This document shows, one piece after another, positions 46,587-56,698 of a DNA stretch of 57,418 bases (the first letter of the stretch is position 1; each line of letters opens with the position of its first letter). The translations under genes and the position numbers were made by a program. Origin of the DNA: an uncultured Bacteroidota bacterium (lineage in GTDB: Bacteria > Bacteroidota > Bacteroidia > Bacteroidales > WCHB1-69); the NCBI GenBank assembly GCA_902797625.1, contig CADBTU010000036.1, positions 1 to 57,418 on the forward strand, written 5' to 3'. The notes beneath the pieces were generated by a model. The model ran no database searches, had not been told where the DNA came from, and saw only the letters and a list, made by a program, of their open reading frames with translations.

Positions 46587-48992
46587 ATGTTTTTTGTAAA
46601 ATTATATCGATTTTTTAGAGAAAAGAAAGCTTTATTATACACTGTGTTGGCAATAACAAGTGTAGTGTTTATATTTTTCTCTTTTAAGGTTCGTTTTGAG
46701 GAAGATATGTCTAAGTTGCTTCCTTCTAATGAAAAAACTGAGAGCGGAATTGTGTTTGGCAATTTAAAGGTTAAAGATAAGATTTTTATTCAACTCACAG
46801 GAGCCGCCCCAGATGTTCTAATTTCGTGTGCAGATGAACTTGTTGATTCTATTTTGGTAGATGATAGCGATTTAGCAAATATTTTCTACAAAATTGGTAA
46901 CGATGATATGATGGGAGTTTTATACTATACTCTCGAACATTTACCATCTTTTGTTGATACATCTCTGTATGTTGAATTTGATAAAGCTATAGCTAACATA
47001 GACCAAACTATGGCTAAGAATTACGAGATAATAATGAACGATGAATCTGGGGCATTAACGCAAATGGTAGCCACAGATCCTCTAAATTTTCGTTCTCTTT
47101 TACTTCCAAATTTCTCTTATGGTTTTGGATTTACACTTGTAGATGAGCATATCTTTTCTAAAGATACTACAGTGGCAATGATTTTTGTTTCCCCAGATTT
47201 TCAATCTTTTAATTCTGCAGCAGGAAAAAAACTAATTAAGCGTTTAGAAGATGATATTTTGAATGTAAATACCAAATATCCAGATGTGGAGATATTGATG
47301 CACGGAGCTCCAGTTCGCGCTGCAGGCAACTCCACGGTTATGAAGTACGATATTGCGCTAACAATAGGAATTTCCTTACTTATTATTCTTTTCTTGCTAT
47401 GTATCTCGTTTAAGAATGTTCGTGTTGTTTCACAGTCAGTCGCTCCTGTTCTCTATGGAACTTTTTTTGCACTTGCCTGTATCTATTGGATTAAAGGCGG
47501 CATGTCGCTTATGGCAATGGGGATCGGAACTGTAATACTTGGTGTTGCTATAAGTTATTGCCTTCACATCATCATACATCAGAATTTTGTTTCAAATATT
47601 GAACAAATGCTTAAAGAAGAGGCTAAGCCAGTTTGTTTAGGATGTTTAACTACTATAGGAGCCTTTCTTGGACTATTGTTTACTAAAAGTGAACTCCTTC
47701 ACGATTTTGGTCTTTTTGCTACTTTTACACTTTTCGGTAGTACATTTTTTGCACTCACATTCCTTCCTCATTTTCTCCAGGAAAATGAAAATAATCGTAA
47801 TGAAAAAATTTTTAGACATATATCTGAAATCAATAATTATTCCTACGATAGAAATGGATTTTTGGTTGGCATTATTTTTGTGGTTATTGCTGTTGGAATC
47901 TTTTTCACTCATAAAGTCCAATTTGATAATAACTTGAAGCATATTGGATTTGAAAGCGATGAGCTACATAAATCAGAAAATTTATATGCTGTCAAACAAA
48001 ACTCTGGATATATTCAACGTTACTATGCAGTTGTTTCTAATGATTTTGATGAAGCATTAAACGCTAATAGTAAACTTAGTAACAAGTTAGATTCCCTTGG
48101 AAATAATAATAAACTTGTTAATTTTATGCCAATAGTAGCCAAACTTTTCCAGTCTGAAACAGAACAAGAGCAAAGAATTGCAGCCTGGAAAGCTTATTGG
48201 ACAGAAGATAAATTATCATTAGCTGTTAATTCAATTAGATCGTCGGCTCTTAAGAATCAACTATCTCCTGATGTTTTTAGTCCTTTTATTGCAATGGTTA
48301 CTGCGGAATACCAACCAGGAAATCTTTACGAAGCGGGAGTTATTCCCAATGGACTTCTCTGCAATTTTATTGAAGAGAGCGAAGGGAAATATCTGATATT
48401 TAATTCTGTTTTAATGAATGAAGACAACAAATCTTCAATTGATAGTTATATTGCAAATCTTCCTCATACTTTAGTGGTTGATCCTTTTTATTACACAGGT
48501 AATATGATAACTATGATTAGAGAAGATTTTAGTATTACTCTTTTGATTTCTTCAATTTTTGTTTTCATAGTTTTACTTTTATCATTTAAAAATTTAATAG
48601 TGTCAATTATCGCTTTTCTGCCAATGTTTTTAAGTTGGTACGTTGTACAAGGGTGGATGGCTATATTTGGATTACCTTTTAATTTGATAAATATCGTAAT
48701 TTCAACATTTATTTTTGGTATAGGTGTAGATTATAGTATTTTTGTGATGCAAGGTCTTTTGGCAGATAATCAAGATAAAAACAACAAGTTGCTTGAATAT
48801 CATAAGGTGGCGGTTTTCTTTTCAGCGTTAATACTTATTACAGTCGTGATTTCAATGCTATTTGCTACACATCCTGCGATAAAATCCATAGGATTCTGTA
48901 CTTTAATAGGTATGGTTTCAACTATTATGATAACATATACTCTTCAACCTCTATTTTTTAGGTTGTATATGAACATTAAATCGAAAGTATAA
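46587..48992 (+). CDS. MMPL/RND-like membrane exporter (COG4258-type predicted exporter)
   Basis: 801 aa with two bundles of 5-6 TM helices, each preceded by a large soluble loop. It starts 4 nt after the sugar transferase stop. Confidence 0.7.
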   Translation: MFFVKLYRFFREKKALLYTVLAITSVVFIFFSFKVRFEEDMSKLLPSNEKTESGIVFGNLKVKDKIFIQLTGAAPDVLISCADELVDSILVDDSDLANIFYKIGNDDMMGVLYYTLEHLPSFVDTSLYVEFDKAIANIDQTMAKNYEIIMNDESGALTQMVATDPLNFRSLLLPNFSYGFGFTLVDEHIFSKDTTVAMIFVSPDFQSFNSAAGKKLIKRLEDDILNVNTKYPDVEILMHGAPVRAAGNSTVMKYDIALTIGISLLIILFLLCISFKNVRVVSQSVAPVLYGTFFALACIYWIKGGMSLMAMGIGTVILGVAISYCLHIIIHQNFVSNIEQMLKEEAKPVCLGCLTTIGAFLGLLFTKSELLHDFGLFATFTLFGSTFFALTFLPHFLQENENNRNEKIFRHISEINNYSYDRNGFLVGIIFVVIAVGIFFTHKVQFDNNLKHIGFESDELHKSENLYAVKQNSGYIQRYYAVVSNDFDEALNANSKLSNKLDSLGNNNKLVNFMPIVAKLFQSETEQEQRIAAWKAYWTEDKLSLAVNSIRSSALKNQLSPDVFSPFIAMVTAEYQPGNLYEAGVIPNGLLCNFIEESEGKYLIFNSVLMNEDNKSSIDSYIANLPHTLVVDPFYYTGNMITMIREDFSITLLISSIFVFIVLLLSFKNLIVSIIAFLPMFLSWYVVQGWMAIFGLPFNLINIVISTFIFGIGVDYSIFVMQGLLADNQDKNNKLLEYHKVAVFFSALILITVVISMLFATHPAIKSIGFCTLIGMVSTIMITYTLQPLFFRLYMNIKSKV

Positions 48993-49013
48993 CAATAATA
49001 ATTAAAAGTATAA

Positions 49014-50097
49014 ATGATAACATCAGATCAAATTAAAGATGTTCAAGCGAGGCTCAGTGAGCTAAGGAGGTATCTTTGACGTAGATGCCAAAGAACAAGA
49101 AATAAAATATAAGGAATCAATAACACACCAAGATGGCTTTTGGAACGATCCTAAAGAAGCTGAAAAGTTGCTTAAAGAGATAAGTTCTATAAAGGCGTGG
49201 GTTTCTGATTATTATAAGGCCATTGAAGCTAACGAAGAACTCACTATCACATCAGATTTTTTTGCAACAGGAGACGCTACCGAAGTAGATGTAGAGGATG
49301 CGTTTGCCAAAACATTAAAATGTGTTGAAAATCTTGAATTTAAAAATATGATGCGCGATGAGGAAGACTCATTAAGCGTTATTCTTAACATAAATTCAGG
49401 TGCAGGCGGCACTGAAAGTTGCGATTGGGCTGAAATGCTTCTGCGTATGTACACTCGCTGGGCTGAACGACACCAGTTTTCTGTTAAACTACTTGACAGA
49501 CAAGAAGGAGATGTGGCAGGAATTAAGTCCGCATCTTTAGAAATTGATGGCTCCTACGCTTATGGTTTCCTAAAAAGTGAAAATGGAGTGCATCGTCTCG
49601 TTAGACTATCTCCGTTTGATTCAGCAAATCGTCGTCACACATCTTTTGCCTCTGTTTTTGCATATCCTGTAATCAATGATGATATTGTGATTGATGTTAA
49701 TCCATCAGATATTTCTTGGGATACATATAGAAGTAGTGGTCCTGGTGGACAAAATGTGAATAAAGTAGAAACTGCAGTTCGATTACACCACCATCCAACA
49801 GGAATTATTATCGAATGCCAAGTAACCCGCTCACAACTCCAAAATCGCGAAAAAGCAATGCAAATGCTTAAGTCTCAACTTTATCAGATTGAACTTGAAA
49901 AGAAACGCGAAAAGATTTCACAAATCGAGAATACTAAGAAAAGAATAGAGTGGGGTAGTCAAATTAGAAGTTACGTGATGCAACCCTATAAACTCGTAAA
50001 AGATTTGAGAACTCAGTATGAGGTTGGCAATGTGAATGCTGTTATGGATGGCGATATTGATGAATTTATCAAAGCATATTTGATGCAATTCCATTAA
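49014..50097 (+). CDS. prfB: Peptide chain release factor 2, expressed via programmed +1 frameshift at 49074-49080
   Basis: Frame 0 runs ATG 49014 ... AGG AGG TAT CTT TGA ([21 protein letters not shown]). Shifting +1 at CTT-T-GAC continues [34 protein letters not shown] into the track ORF 49168..50097. That ORF carries the SPF ([16 protein letters not shown]) and GGQ ([15 protein letters not shown]) motifs. Confidence 0.92.
49065..49080 (+). promoter_or_regulatory. RF2 autoregulatory +1 frameshift site (SD-like AGGAGG, 3-nt spacer, CTT TGA C)
   Basis: AGGAGGTATCTTTGAC read directly from the sequence. It has the same architecture as the canonical bacterial prfB site. Confidence 0.9.
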
Positions 50098-50098
50098 A

Positions 50099-51592
50099 TT
50101 ATCTCTTGAAAAGTTGCATTATGGATTTTCGGTTTGTAAAAAATAATGCAGATAAATAAGCGATAAGGATAATAGTGTTTACCAAAATACGCATTCCCAT
50201 TCTCTGTATATTAAAAATATGAGTTATTAAGTAACTAACCCCGTAAATAGCAATAGCTAATGCTATATAAAAAGCTGTCTTTTTGATGTTATAATCAACA
50301 TGATAATATTTCTGTCCCAATAGATAAGAAGCTATCATCATTGTGAAATAACATATAAAAGTAGTCCATGCTGCTCCTATGTAGTCGAATTTTGGAATTA
50401 GTAGAAAGTTGAAAACAAATGTTACTATAGCTCCAAATATAGCAATATAAGCTCCAAATTTAGTTTGGCCAGTTAGTTTATACCAAATAGATAGGTTATA
50501 GAAAATACCCAAAAATAGATTTGCCATAAGTAGAATAGGAACTATAGGCAATCCAACGCGATAGGTCTCACCAACGAAATATTGTACAATATCAATATAG
50601 AGCATAATTCCAACAAAAATCACAGAACAAACAAAAACAAAGGCTGTCATAACATCAGAATAAGCCTTTTTTGCATCTTTATCTTTAGCTTTATGGAAGA
50701 AAAAAGGTTCTGCAGCATATTTGAAAGCTTGTATGAAGATAGTCATCATTATGGATATTTTATAACACGCACTATAAATTCCAACAGAAGCCTGAGGTTC
50801 AGAATTTGGCGATAAATATTTTATTAGAACCCTGTCCATTGTTTCATTTACAATGCCAGCCAATCCAAAAATCAGAAGCGGAAAAGCATATCCAAACATC
50901 TTTTTCCATAATTGCCAATCGAATACAAATTTTTGCTTAAAAATCCCTGGTAGAAGCATTAACAGTGTAACAACGCTCGCTACTAAATTAGAGATAAAAA
51001 TGTATCCAACGCCTATTTCTGGACTGTATATTAGATTTATAACTGATGAATTAGGATTTTTTTGAAGAATAAAAGGACAAAGAAGAAGGAAAAATAGGTT
51101 TAATATAATGTTAACGAAAATATTTGTGAGTTTTACAGCAGCAAATCTAAAAGCGCGATTATCATATCTCAGTTTTGCAAAAAATATAGATGTCAAGGCA
51201 TCAACGCCAATAATGATAGAGAACCAGATAACGTACTCAGGATGTGATGGATAGCGTAATAACTCGGCAATAGTTTGAGAAAAAACAGAACATAAAATTA
51301 TGAATATTATGGAAGTGCACAGCAATGAAGCAACTATTGTTGAATAGACTCTATCTTTTAAATTTTCATCTTGCGTAAATTTAAAAAATGCAGTCTCCAT
51401 TCCGTAAGTTAAAATAACGATGAATAAACTTGTCCAAGCGTAAAGTTCCCCCACCACACCATACTGTGCAGCATTTGCAAAAATATAGGTATGAAGAGGG
51501 ACTAATAGATAGTTAAGAAGACGTCCTAAGACATTTGTAGTACCGTATATAACAGTTTGGCTTGCTAATTGTTTTACAGAACTATTTGCCAT
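50099..51592 (-). CDS. MOP-superfamily polysaccharide/oligosaccharide flippase (Wzx-like)
   Basis: About 497 aa with about 12-14 TM segments. The N-terminus SVKQLASQTVIYGTTNVLGRLLNYLLVPL is typical of polysaccharide biosynthesis (PST) proteins. ATG 51592 lies 2 nt after the upstream gene's stop. Confidence 0.75.
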   Translation of the reverse strand: MANSSVKQLASQTVIYGTTNVLGRLLNYLLVPLHTYIFANAAQYGVVGELYAWTSLFIVILTYGMETAFFKFTQDENLKDRVYSTIVASLLCTSIIFIILCSVFSQTIAELLRYPSHPEYVIWFSIIIGVDALTSIFFAKLRYDNRAFRFAAVKLTNIFVNIILNLFFLLLCPFILQKNPNSSVINLIYSPEIGVGYIFISNLVASVVTLLMLLPGIFKQKFVFDWQLWKKMFGYAFPLLIFGLAGIVNETMDRVLIKYLSPNSEPQASVGIYSACYKISIMMTIFIQAFKYAAEPFFFHKAKDKDAKKAYSDVMTAFVFVCSVIFVGIMLYIDIVQYFVGETYRVGLPIVPILLMANLFLGIFYNLSIWYKLTGQTKFGAYIAIFGAIVTFVFNFLLIPKFDYIGAAWTTFICYFTMMIASYLLGQKYYHVDYNIKKTAFYIALAIAIYGVSYLITHIFNIQRMGMRILVNTIILIAYLSALFFTNRKSIMQLFKR

Positions 51593-51594
51593 TA

Positions 51595-53091
51595 TCAATT
51601 TCTATTCAAAAGGTCAAAAACTGTTTTTACAGGATTAAAAGTGGCAAGAGGAACTTCTACGAAAATAGTAATCCAATTAGCCATAGCACCATTCCATAAT
51701 CCAGGTAACTCCATAGCTTTCAAAGTCATACCATTGTAAGATTTGGTAGAGATGAATCCAGTATTAGGGTCAACGTATTTTGTGAGATTGAATTTTTCAC
51801 CTTTGTAATCTTTAATAGCACACACCATATCAACGGGGTTGAAATGTGTTGATTTATTCATTATTTGAACTTTTTCTGGATTTTTTTTATCAATTTGCGA
51901 AGACTCAACAATTTGTAATGAGCATTCGTTATTGGAATTAGTAACCCAGAAAGGTCCGCCCCCAGGTTCACCTTCATTTTTTACCATCCCGCAGATTCGT
52001 ACAGGGCGGTTTAGAAGTTCAAAAAGCTCTTCTTCAGAAGGTTGTTCACCTATAGAAATCATCAATTTTGATTCTGCAAAATCCATAATCTCACATAAAG
52101 TCATTGGGTCAAGGTTTCCCTCTTTAAGCATTCTAAGATATTGAAACTGAATATTTTGTAGTTGAATTAAATAAGCTGCAATGACTTTTTTATATGTTAT
52201 TGTAGGGGTAAGATTTTGTTCTTTAGTAACGTTGTCAATATTTTTAATGAAGATAATATCTGCGTCGCGGTTATTTAAGTTGTAAATCAACGCACCGTGC
52301 CCGCCTGGACGGAAGAGAAGATTACCATTCTCGTCTCTGAAAGGTTCATTGTTTTCGGTTGCAGCAAGAGTGTCGGTGTATGCTGCTTGCGTGGAGTATG
52401 TTATAATGTATTTCAAACCGAACTTCTGCTCATATTTAGGTAAAAGTTCGCTAACTTTTTGTTTGAAAAGGTCTAAATGGTGTTCAGAAACAGTAAAGTG
52501 TAAAAATGATTCTTTTCCATTGTTGGCATACAGAGATGCTTCTATAATATGTTCTTCTAATGATGTTCTGATTTGGTTGTCGTAACGATGGAAAAGAAGA
52601 AGTGCTTTTGGAAGATTTCCGTAATTTAATCCTTCTTTATCAAGAAGATAACGCAAAATAAGTTTTAAGTTATTGTTTGAAATTTCATAATCGATATTAT
52701 AGCCATTTTTATTCAAAACATCTCTTAATTCCTCAAAAAAAGGATAGCGATGAAGATTTTTTAAGAAATCTTCAGCAATTTCGAGTTGTTTTTCATCGAG
52801 TTCATCTTCAAGAAGTGCATAAAGATCTTTAAACATCCTTGAGGCAGCACCAGAAGCTGGTACAAATTTTTCTATTTTTTTATTTTCAATAGCAAAGTAA
52901 AATTCATTTTCGAGTTCTGCAACTTGGTCGTTATCTAAAACTAAAATACCGTCCTCTTTAGATGCTGGACGCACGATATTTGCGAAAGGAAAACCTTTTT
53001 CAAAATTAGCAAATTGCTTTTTAACGTCTTCTATGTTGCTGCCACGATTTTCTATAAAGGCAACATCTTGAGTACTAAATTCTTGATTCAT
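51595..53091 (-). CDS. DUF4301-like protein (nucleotidyltransferase/UDP-sugar pyrophosphorylase-like by pattern)
   Basis: About 498 aa. The N-terminus is FSTQDVAFIENRGSNIEDVKKQFANFEKGFPF. PASGAASRMFKDL is a glycine-rich loop in the position of NDP-sugar pyrophosphorylase G-loops. RPGGHGAL is also present. The family name is from memory. The track start at 53112 is TTG, so ATG 53091 was used. Confidence 0.6.
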   Translation of the reverse strand: MNQEFSTQDVAFIENRGSNIEDVKKQFANFEKGFPFANIVRPASKEDGILVLDNDQVAELENEFYFAIENKKIEKFVPASGAASRMFKDLYALLEDELDEKQLEIAEDFLKNLHRYPFFEELRDVLNKNGYNIDYEISNNNLKLILRYLLDKEGLNYGNLPKALLLFHRYDNQIRTSLEEHIIEASLYANNGKESFLHFTVSEHHLDLFKQKVSELLPKYEQKFGLKYIITYSTQAAYTDTLAATENNEPFRDENGNLLFRPGGHGALIYNLNNRDADIIFIKNIDNVTKEQNLTPTITYKKVIAAYLIQLQNIQFQYLRMLKEGNLDPMTLCEIMDFAESKLMISIGEQPSEEELFELLNRPVRICGMVKNEGEPGGGPFWVTNSNNECSLQIVESSQIDKKNPEKVQIMNKSTHFNPVDMVCAIKDYKGEKFNLTKYVDPNTGFISTKSYNGMTLKAMELPGLWNGAMANWITIFVEVPLATFNPVKTVFDLLNRN

Positions 53092-53109
53092 GATGAATGG
53101 ATTTTTTTG

Positions 53110-53117
53110 CAAATGTA
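53110..53117 (-). promoter_or_regulatory. Bacteroidota -7 promoter box TACATTTG
   Basis: The reverse complement of caaatgta, 19 nt upstream of ATG 53091. Confidence 0.45.
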
Positions 53118-53205
53118 CATAAATTATTTTAAGTTGAGTGCCTGTAACAAAAACTCTTCTCAGACGAGATAGGCATTTTAATTGTTTTATCGGGAGGATA
53201 TTCTT

Positions 53206-53835
53206 TTATTTATTGTTAGTCTTAAATGAATTATCAAATGTTGTGCGGGAAAGAATTGAACGTCCTAAAGTAATTTCGTCAGCAAACTCTAACTCTTCTC
53301 CAACACCGATTCCTCGCGCAATTGTTGTTATTACTGCAACTTTATCTTTGATGTTTTTGTAAATAAAAAAGTTTGTTGTATCACCTTCAACAGTAGCTGG
53401 GAGCGCAAGAATAATCTCATCAATATTACCATTATCAACACGTTCAAAGAGCTGTTTTATTGTGAGTTGTTGAATACCAACACCTTCTATAGGCGAAATA
53501 ACACCACCTAAAACATGATATACGCCATTATACTGATTTGTATTTTCTATGGCAATCACATCTCTAATATCTTGAACTACACAAATTATTCTATTATTAC
53601 GCTTAAGATTAGAGCAAATGTCGCAAATTTCAGTATCAGAAATATTGTAACATTGACGACAATATACTAAATTGCTTTTTAACTTGTTGATTCTATCGGT
53701 GAGAAGTGTTACAGAAGCTTCATCTTGTTTTATTAAATGTAAAGCTAAGCGTAGTGCAGATCGCTTCCCAATTCCTGGAAGTTTGGAAATTTCGTTAACA
53801 GCGTTTTCTAAATGTTTTGAATATAATTCAATCAT
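53206..53835 (-). CDS. recR: Recombination protein RecR
   Basis: 209 aa with HhH (LPGIGKRSALRLA), the Zn finger CRQCYNISDTEICDICSN and a Toprim domain. Confidence 0.9.
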   Translation of the reverse strand: MIELYSKHLENAVNEISKLPGIGKRSALRLALHLIKQDEASVTLLTDRINKLKSNLVYCRQCYNISDTEICDICSNLKRNNRIICVVQDIRDVIAIENTNQYNGVYHVLGGVISPIEGVGIQQLTIKQLFERVDNGNIDEIILALPATVEGDTTNFFIYKNIKDKVAVITTIARGIGVGEELEFADEITLGRSILSRTTFDNSFKTNNK

Positions 53836-55064
53836 TACTCCTCAGGATTATAAATAAGAGTTGAAAAATTTGATAAATTAAAAATTTCGTTTGCAACTTC
53901 TTGAAGTTCTTCAGCAGTTATTTTCTCAACCGACTGCATGTTTTCTTGCATATCAGCTATCTCATTGTAAAATAAAGCTAAATGCCCTGAAGAGAGAAGC
54001 TCATTGAGCTTAGATTCACGAGCAAGTGCTAATTGTCCGATGAATTGTTTTTTAGCATAAAAAAGTTGCATGGTTCCCAGTTTGTTCTTCTTTAATTTCT
54101 CAATTTCGCGGTAAACTAGTTCTAAACAATGGTTTCTTTCGTGGGAATCACAGCCAAAATACACTGAGAATAATCCACAATCAGAAAAAGCGTTAAAGTA
54201 TGATTCAATGGTATAAGCCAATCCTTTTTTTTCACGAATACTCATATTAAGACGTGTGTTTTGTCCTTGTCCGCCCAAAATATTTGTCAGTAGGAGAAAT
54301 GGTATTCTTTTGCTATTGTGAATATCGTATGCAGGGACTCCAGTTAGTACGTTAGTTTGTGAAGTACTTTTAACAATTTCTTTTGTTTGTGGAGAATAGT
54401 TTAGAAAAGGTTTACGTTCACGTTTTCCTTCGGAAATAACTATACTTCCAAAATGTTTTTCACATAGACTCACAAGTTGTGTGTGTGTGATATTACCAAC
54501 TGAGCATAGGATAATATTTTCAAGAGTGTAGTTGCTTGATATAAAGTTTTTTATGTCGGAGCGAGTAATTTTGCTAACGCTCTCTTTAGAGCCTAAAATG
54601 CTTTTTCCCATATCGTGATTCTGAAAAATTAAAGATTCAAAATCATCAAAAATAAGTTCAGATGGACTGTCATTATAAAAATTGATTTCCTCAAACACGA
54701 CGGTTTTTTCTTTTTTGAGTTCTTTTTCGGGGAAAGTAGCATTAAAAAATATGTCTGCAAGCAGTTCAATGGTGCGGGGATAGAAAGGCGACAAGAATGA
54801 TGCGTAGAAGTCGGTTTCTTCCTTAGAGGTGCTCGCGTTCAGGTCGCCTCCCACATTTTCAATTCTGTTAATAACGCGTACCGACGATCTTTTAGTCGTG
54901 CCTTTAAAAATTGTATGTTCCACAAAATGAGCCAATCCAGGTCGAGATAAAGGTTCATCGCGAGTGCCAGCATCTACAAGGATGCCAAAATGTGAAATTG
55001 GGGAATTGGTGGGTATGTGTAGCAGTCTAATACCGTTACGCAATCTTACAACACGGTGCGGCAT
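53835..55064 (-). CDS. M16-family (pitrilysin/insulinase-like) zinc peptidase
   Basis: 409 aa with the inverted zinc motif HFVEHTIFKGT (HxxEH). Its stop overlaps the recR ATG by 1 nt. Confidence 0.85.
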   Translation of the reverse strand: MPHRVVRLRNGIRLLHIPTNSPISHFGILVDAGTRDEPLSRPGLAHFVEHTIFKGTTKRSSVRVINRIENVGGDLNASTSKEETDFYASFLSPFYPRTIELLADIFFNATFPEKELKKEKTVVFEEINFYNDSPSELIFDDFESLIFQNHDMGKSILGSKESVSKITRSDIKNFISSNYTLENIILCSVGNITHTQLVSLCEKHFGSIVISEGKRERKPFLNYSPQTKEIVKSTSQTNVLTGVPAYDIHNSKRIPFLLLTNILGGQGQNTRLNMSIREKKGLAYTIESYFNAFSDCGLFSVYFGCDSHERNHCLELVYREIEKLKKNKLGTMQLFYAKKQFIGQLALARESKLNELLSSGHLALFYNEIADMQENMQSVEKITAEELQEVANEIFNLSNFSTLIYNPEE

Positions 55065-56272
55065 GGATCCACAGTAACATTCTGTATTGTATTTATAATA
55101 CTTTCATCGTATGGAACTTGAACTCGAATATAATTGTCGGTAAAACCAGACAGCATATCGTCAGACACATGAGATTCAATAAGTACGGGGCGTTCTTGAC
55201 CAGTGCATTGCTCATAAAAAGCACGTTTTTTCTCATTAGAGAGAGCGATAAGTCGAGCGGCTCTTTCGGTTTTAATATCTTCAGAAATTTGATTTTCCAT
55301 AATATTAGCTGCAGTTCGAGGTCTGCGAGAATAAGGAAAAACGTGCATATAGCTAATAGGTAACGAGTCGAGGAAGTTGTAAGTTATTTCAAATTCTTCA
55401 TCTGTTTCGCCAGGAAAACCAACGATAACATCGCATGCAATACAAGCATCAGGCATCAATTTACGTATTTTAGCAACTTTTTCAGCGTATTCAGCAGTAG
55501 TATAGCGGCGACGCATTTCGGAAAGAATTCTGTCGCAGCCAGATTGCAGAGGAAGGTGAAAATGAGGCATCAGAATCTCATTTTTCGCAACTAATTTTAT
55601 AATGTCGTCTGTCAATAATTCGGGCTCAAGGGAAGAAATTCTAACTCTATTTACAGCTTTTTGTTTAACTATTGCCTTAAGTAATTTTGTAAAATCTTCA
55701 TCTGTGCCACGTCCAAAGTCACCGATGTTTACACCAGTAAGGTTAACTTCGTGAATGCCGTGATCTGCAATTTCTTGAATATTTTTGAGAACGCCCTCTA
55801 TTGAGTCGCTACGGCTTTTGCCGCGCGCAATCCAAACGGTGCAATAGGTACAGTGGGTGTTGCAACCATCTTGTATTTTGAGGAAAGAACGTGTACGCTC
55901 GCTGATAGAATATGTTGAAAAGAAATTTGGGGAAGGTTTTACTTCGCGAGAAACTACATAATCAACAACACTCATTTTATTAGCACTTGCAAAAACCTTG
56001 TCAACACCAGCCCAACGTTCTAAAAGCTCAGGTTTTAATGCACTGTAGCACCCCACAAGCATAATTGCGGCAAGTGGATTTTCACGATGAAGTTTGGAAA
56101 CTAAATTACGAGTTTTCTTTTCAGCCGAACTTGTTACAGCACAAGTGTTTACAATTATTATTTCAGGAACGCCTCCCTGAGTCCAGCCCCTCTTTTCTAG
56201 TTCTGCTGCAATAGTTGACGATTCACTGTAATTTAATTTACAACCTAACGTATGTATTTCAAAATTCTTCAT
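55046..56272 (-). CDS. mtaB: tRNA (t6A37) methylthiotransferase, radical SAM MTTase
   Basis: The N-terminal MTTase domain is HTLGCKLNYSES, the radical SAM cluster is CNTHCTYC, and a C-terminal TRAM-like region is present. The track start at 56281 is TTG, so ATG 56272 was used. Confidence 0.85.
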   Translation of the reverse strand: MKNFEIHTLGCKLNYSESSTIAAELEKRGWTQGGVPEIIIVNTCAVTSSAEKKTRNLVSKLHRENPLAAIMLVGCYSALKPELLERWAGVDKVFASANKMSVVDYVVSREVKPSPNFFSTYSISERTRSFLKIQDGCNTHCTYCTVWIARGKSRSDSIEGVLKNIQEIADHGIHEVNLTGVNIGDFGRGTDEDFTKLLKAIVKQKAVNRVRISSLEPELLTDDIIKLVAKNEILMPHFHLPLQSGCDRILSEMRRRYTTAEYAEKVAKIRKLMPDACIACDVIVGFPGETDEEFEITYNFLDSLPISYMHVFPYSRRPRTAANIMENQISEDIKTERAARLIALSNEKKRAFYEQCTGQERPVLIESHVSDDMLSGFTDNYIRVQVPYDESIINTIQNVTVDPCRTVL

Positions 56273-56384
56273 AAAAAGCAATTTTTATAAAAAATAAAAG
56301 CCAATATCAATATCAAAACTTTTACGCAATATCACTGATAAACAGTATGTTGTGTTTATTTTTCGATTAAAGATTTTAAGCTCG

Positions 56385-56392
56385 CAAATTTA
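56385..56392 (-). promoter_or_regulatory. Bacteroidota -7 promoter box TAAATTTG
   Basis: The reverse complement of caaattta, about 110 nt upstream of the mtaB ATG. That is further than the other boxes, hence the lower confidence. Confidence 0.3.
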
Positions 56393-56470
56393 CATTTTTT
56401 TCAATAGCATCCCAAATATTTTTTTCCGACCTTTGCGGTGATAAAAAAACTTATCTTTATGGCGGCATAA

Positions 56471-56698
56471 TATAACACTTTTCGTTTAAACAATAGCAAC
56501 TCCGACAAGCTTTGCAAAGGATATGACACATGGAGCCAACTTGTCAGCATGATATTCTGTCAGCTTGCGGCCAGCACCATAGGGAAACTCTACAAGTCAA
56601 GGTGGCTGGTCGAGATTTTCTTCAGACATGTGAAGCAGCTGATGCACATCAAAAGCTTTGTCGGAACATCGCAGAACGCGGTGGAGATACAACTGTAG
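56471..56698 (+). pseudogene. Internally deleted IS4-family (DDE, DUF4372-type N-terminus) transposase relic
   Basis: One frame reads ...DKLCKGYDTWSQLVSMIFCQLA, which is like the transposase N-terminal DUF4372 region. It is joined directly to STIGKLYKSRWLVEIFFRHVKQLMHIKSFVGTSQNAVEIQL*, which is like the extreme C-terminal YKxRWxIExFFKxxKQxLxIKxFxGTSxNAV block. The whole catalytic core is missing. A further C-terminal-like piece (SLDEIWTDFLAAL) continues in another frame to about 56760. Confidence 0.6.

Noticed and set aside
47668-47942. Mirror-image 89-aa ORFs on both strands.
   Set aside because: Both lie inside the MMPL-like exporter gene and are artefacts of an AT-rich, stop-poor stretch.
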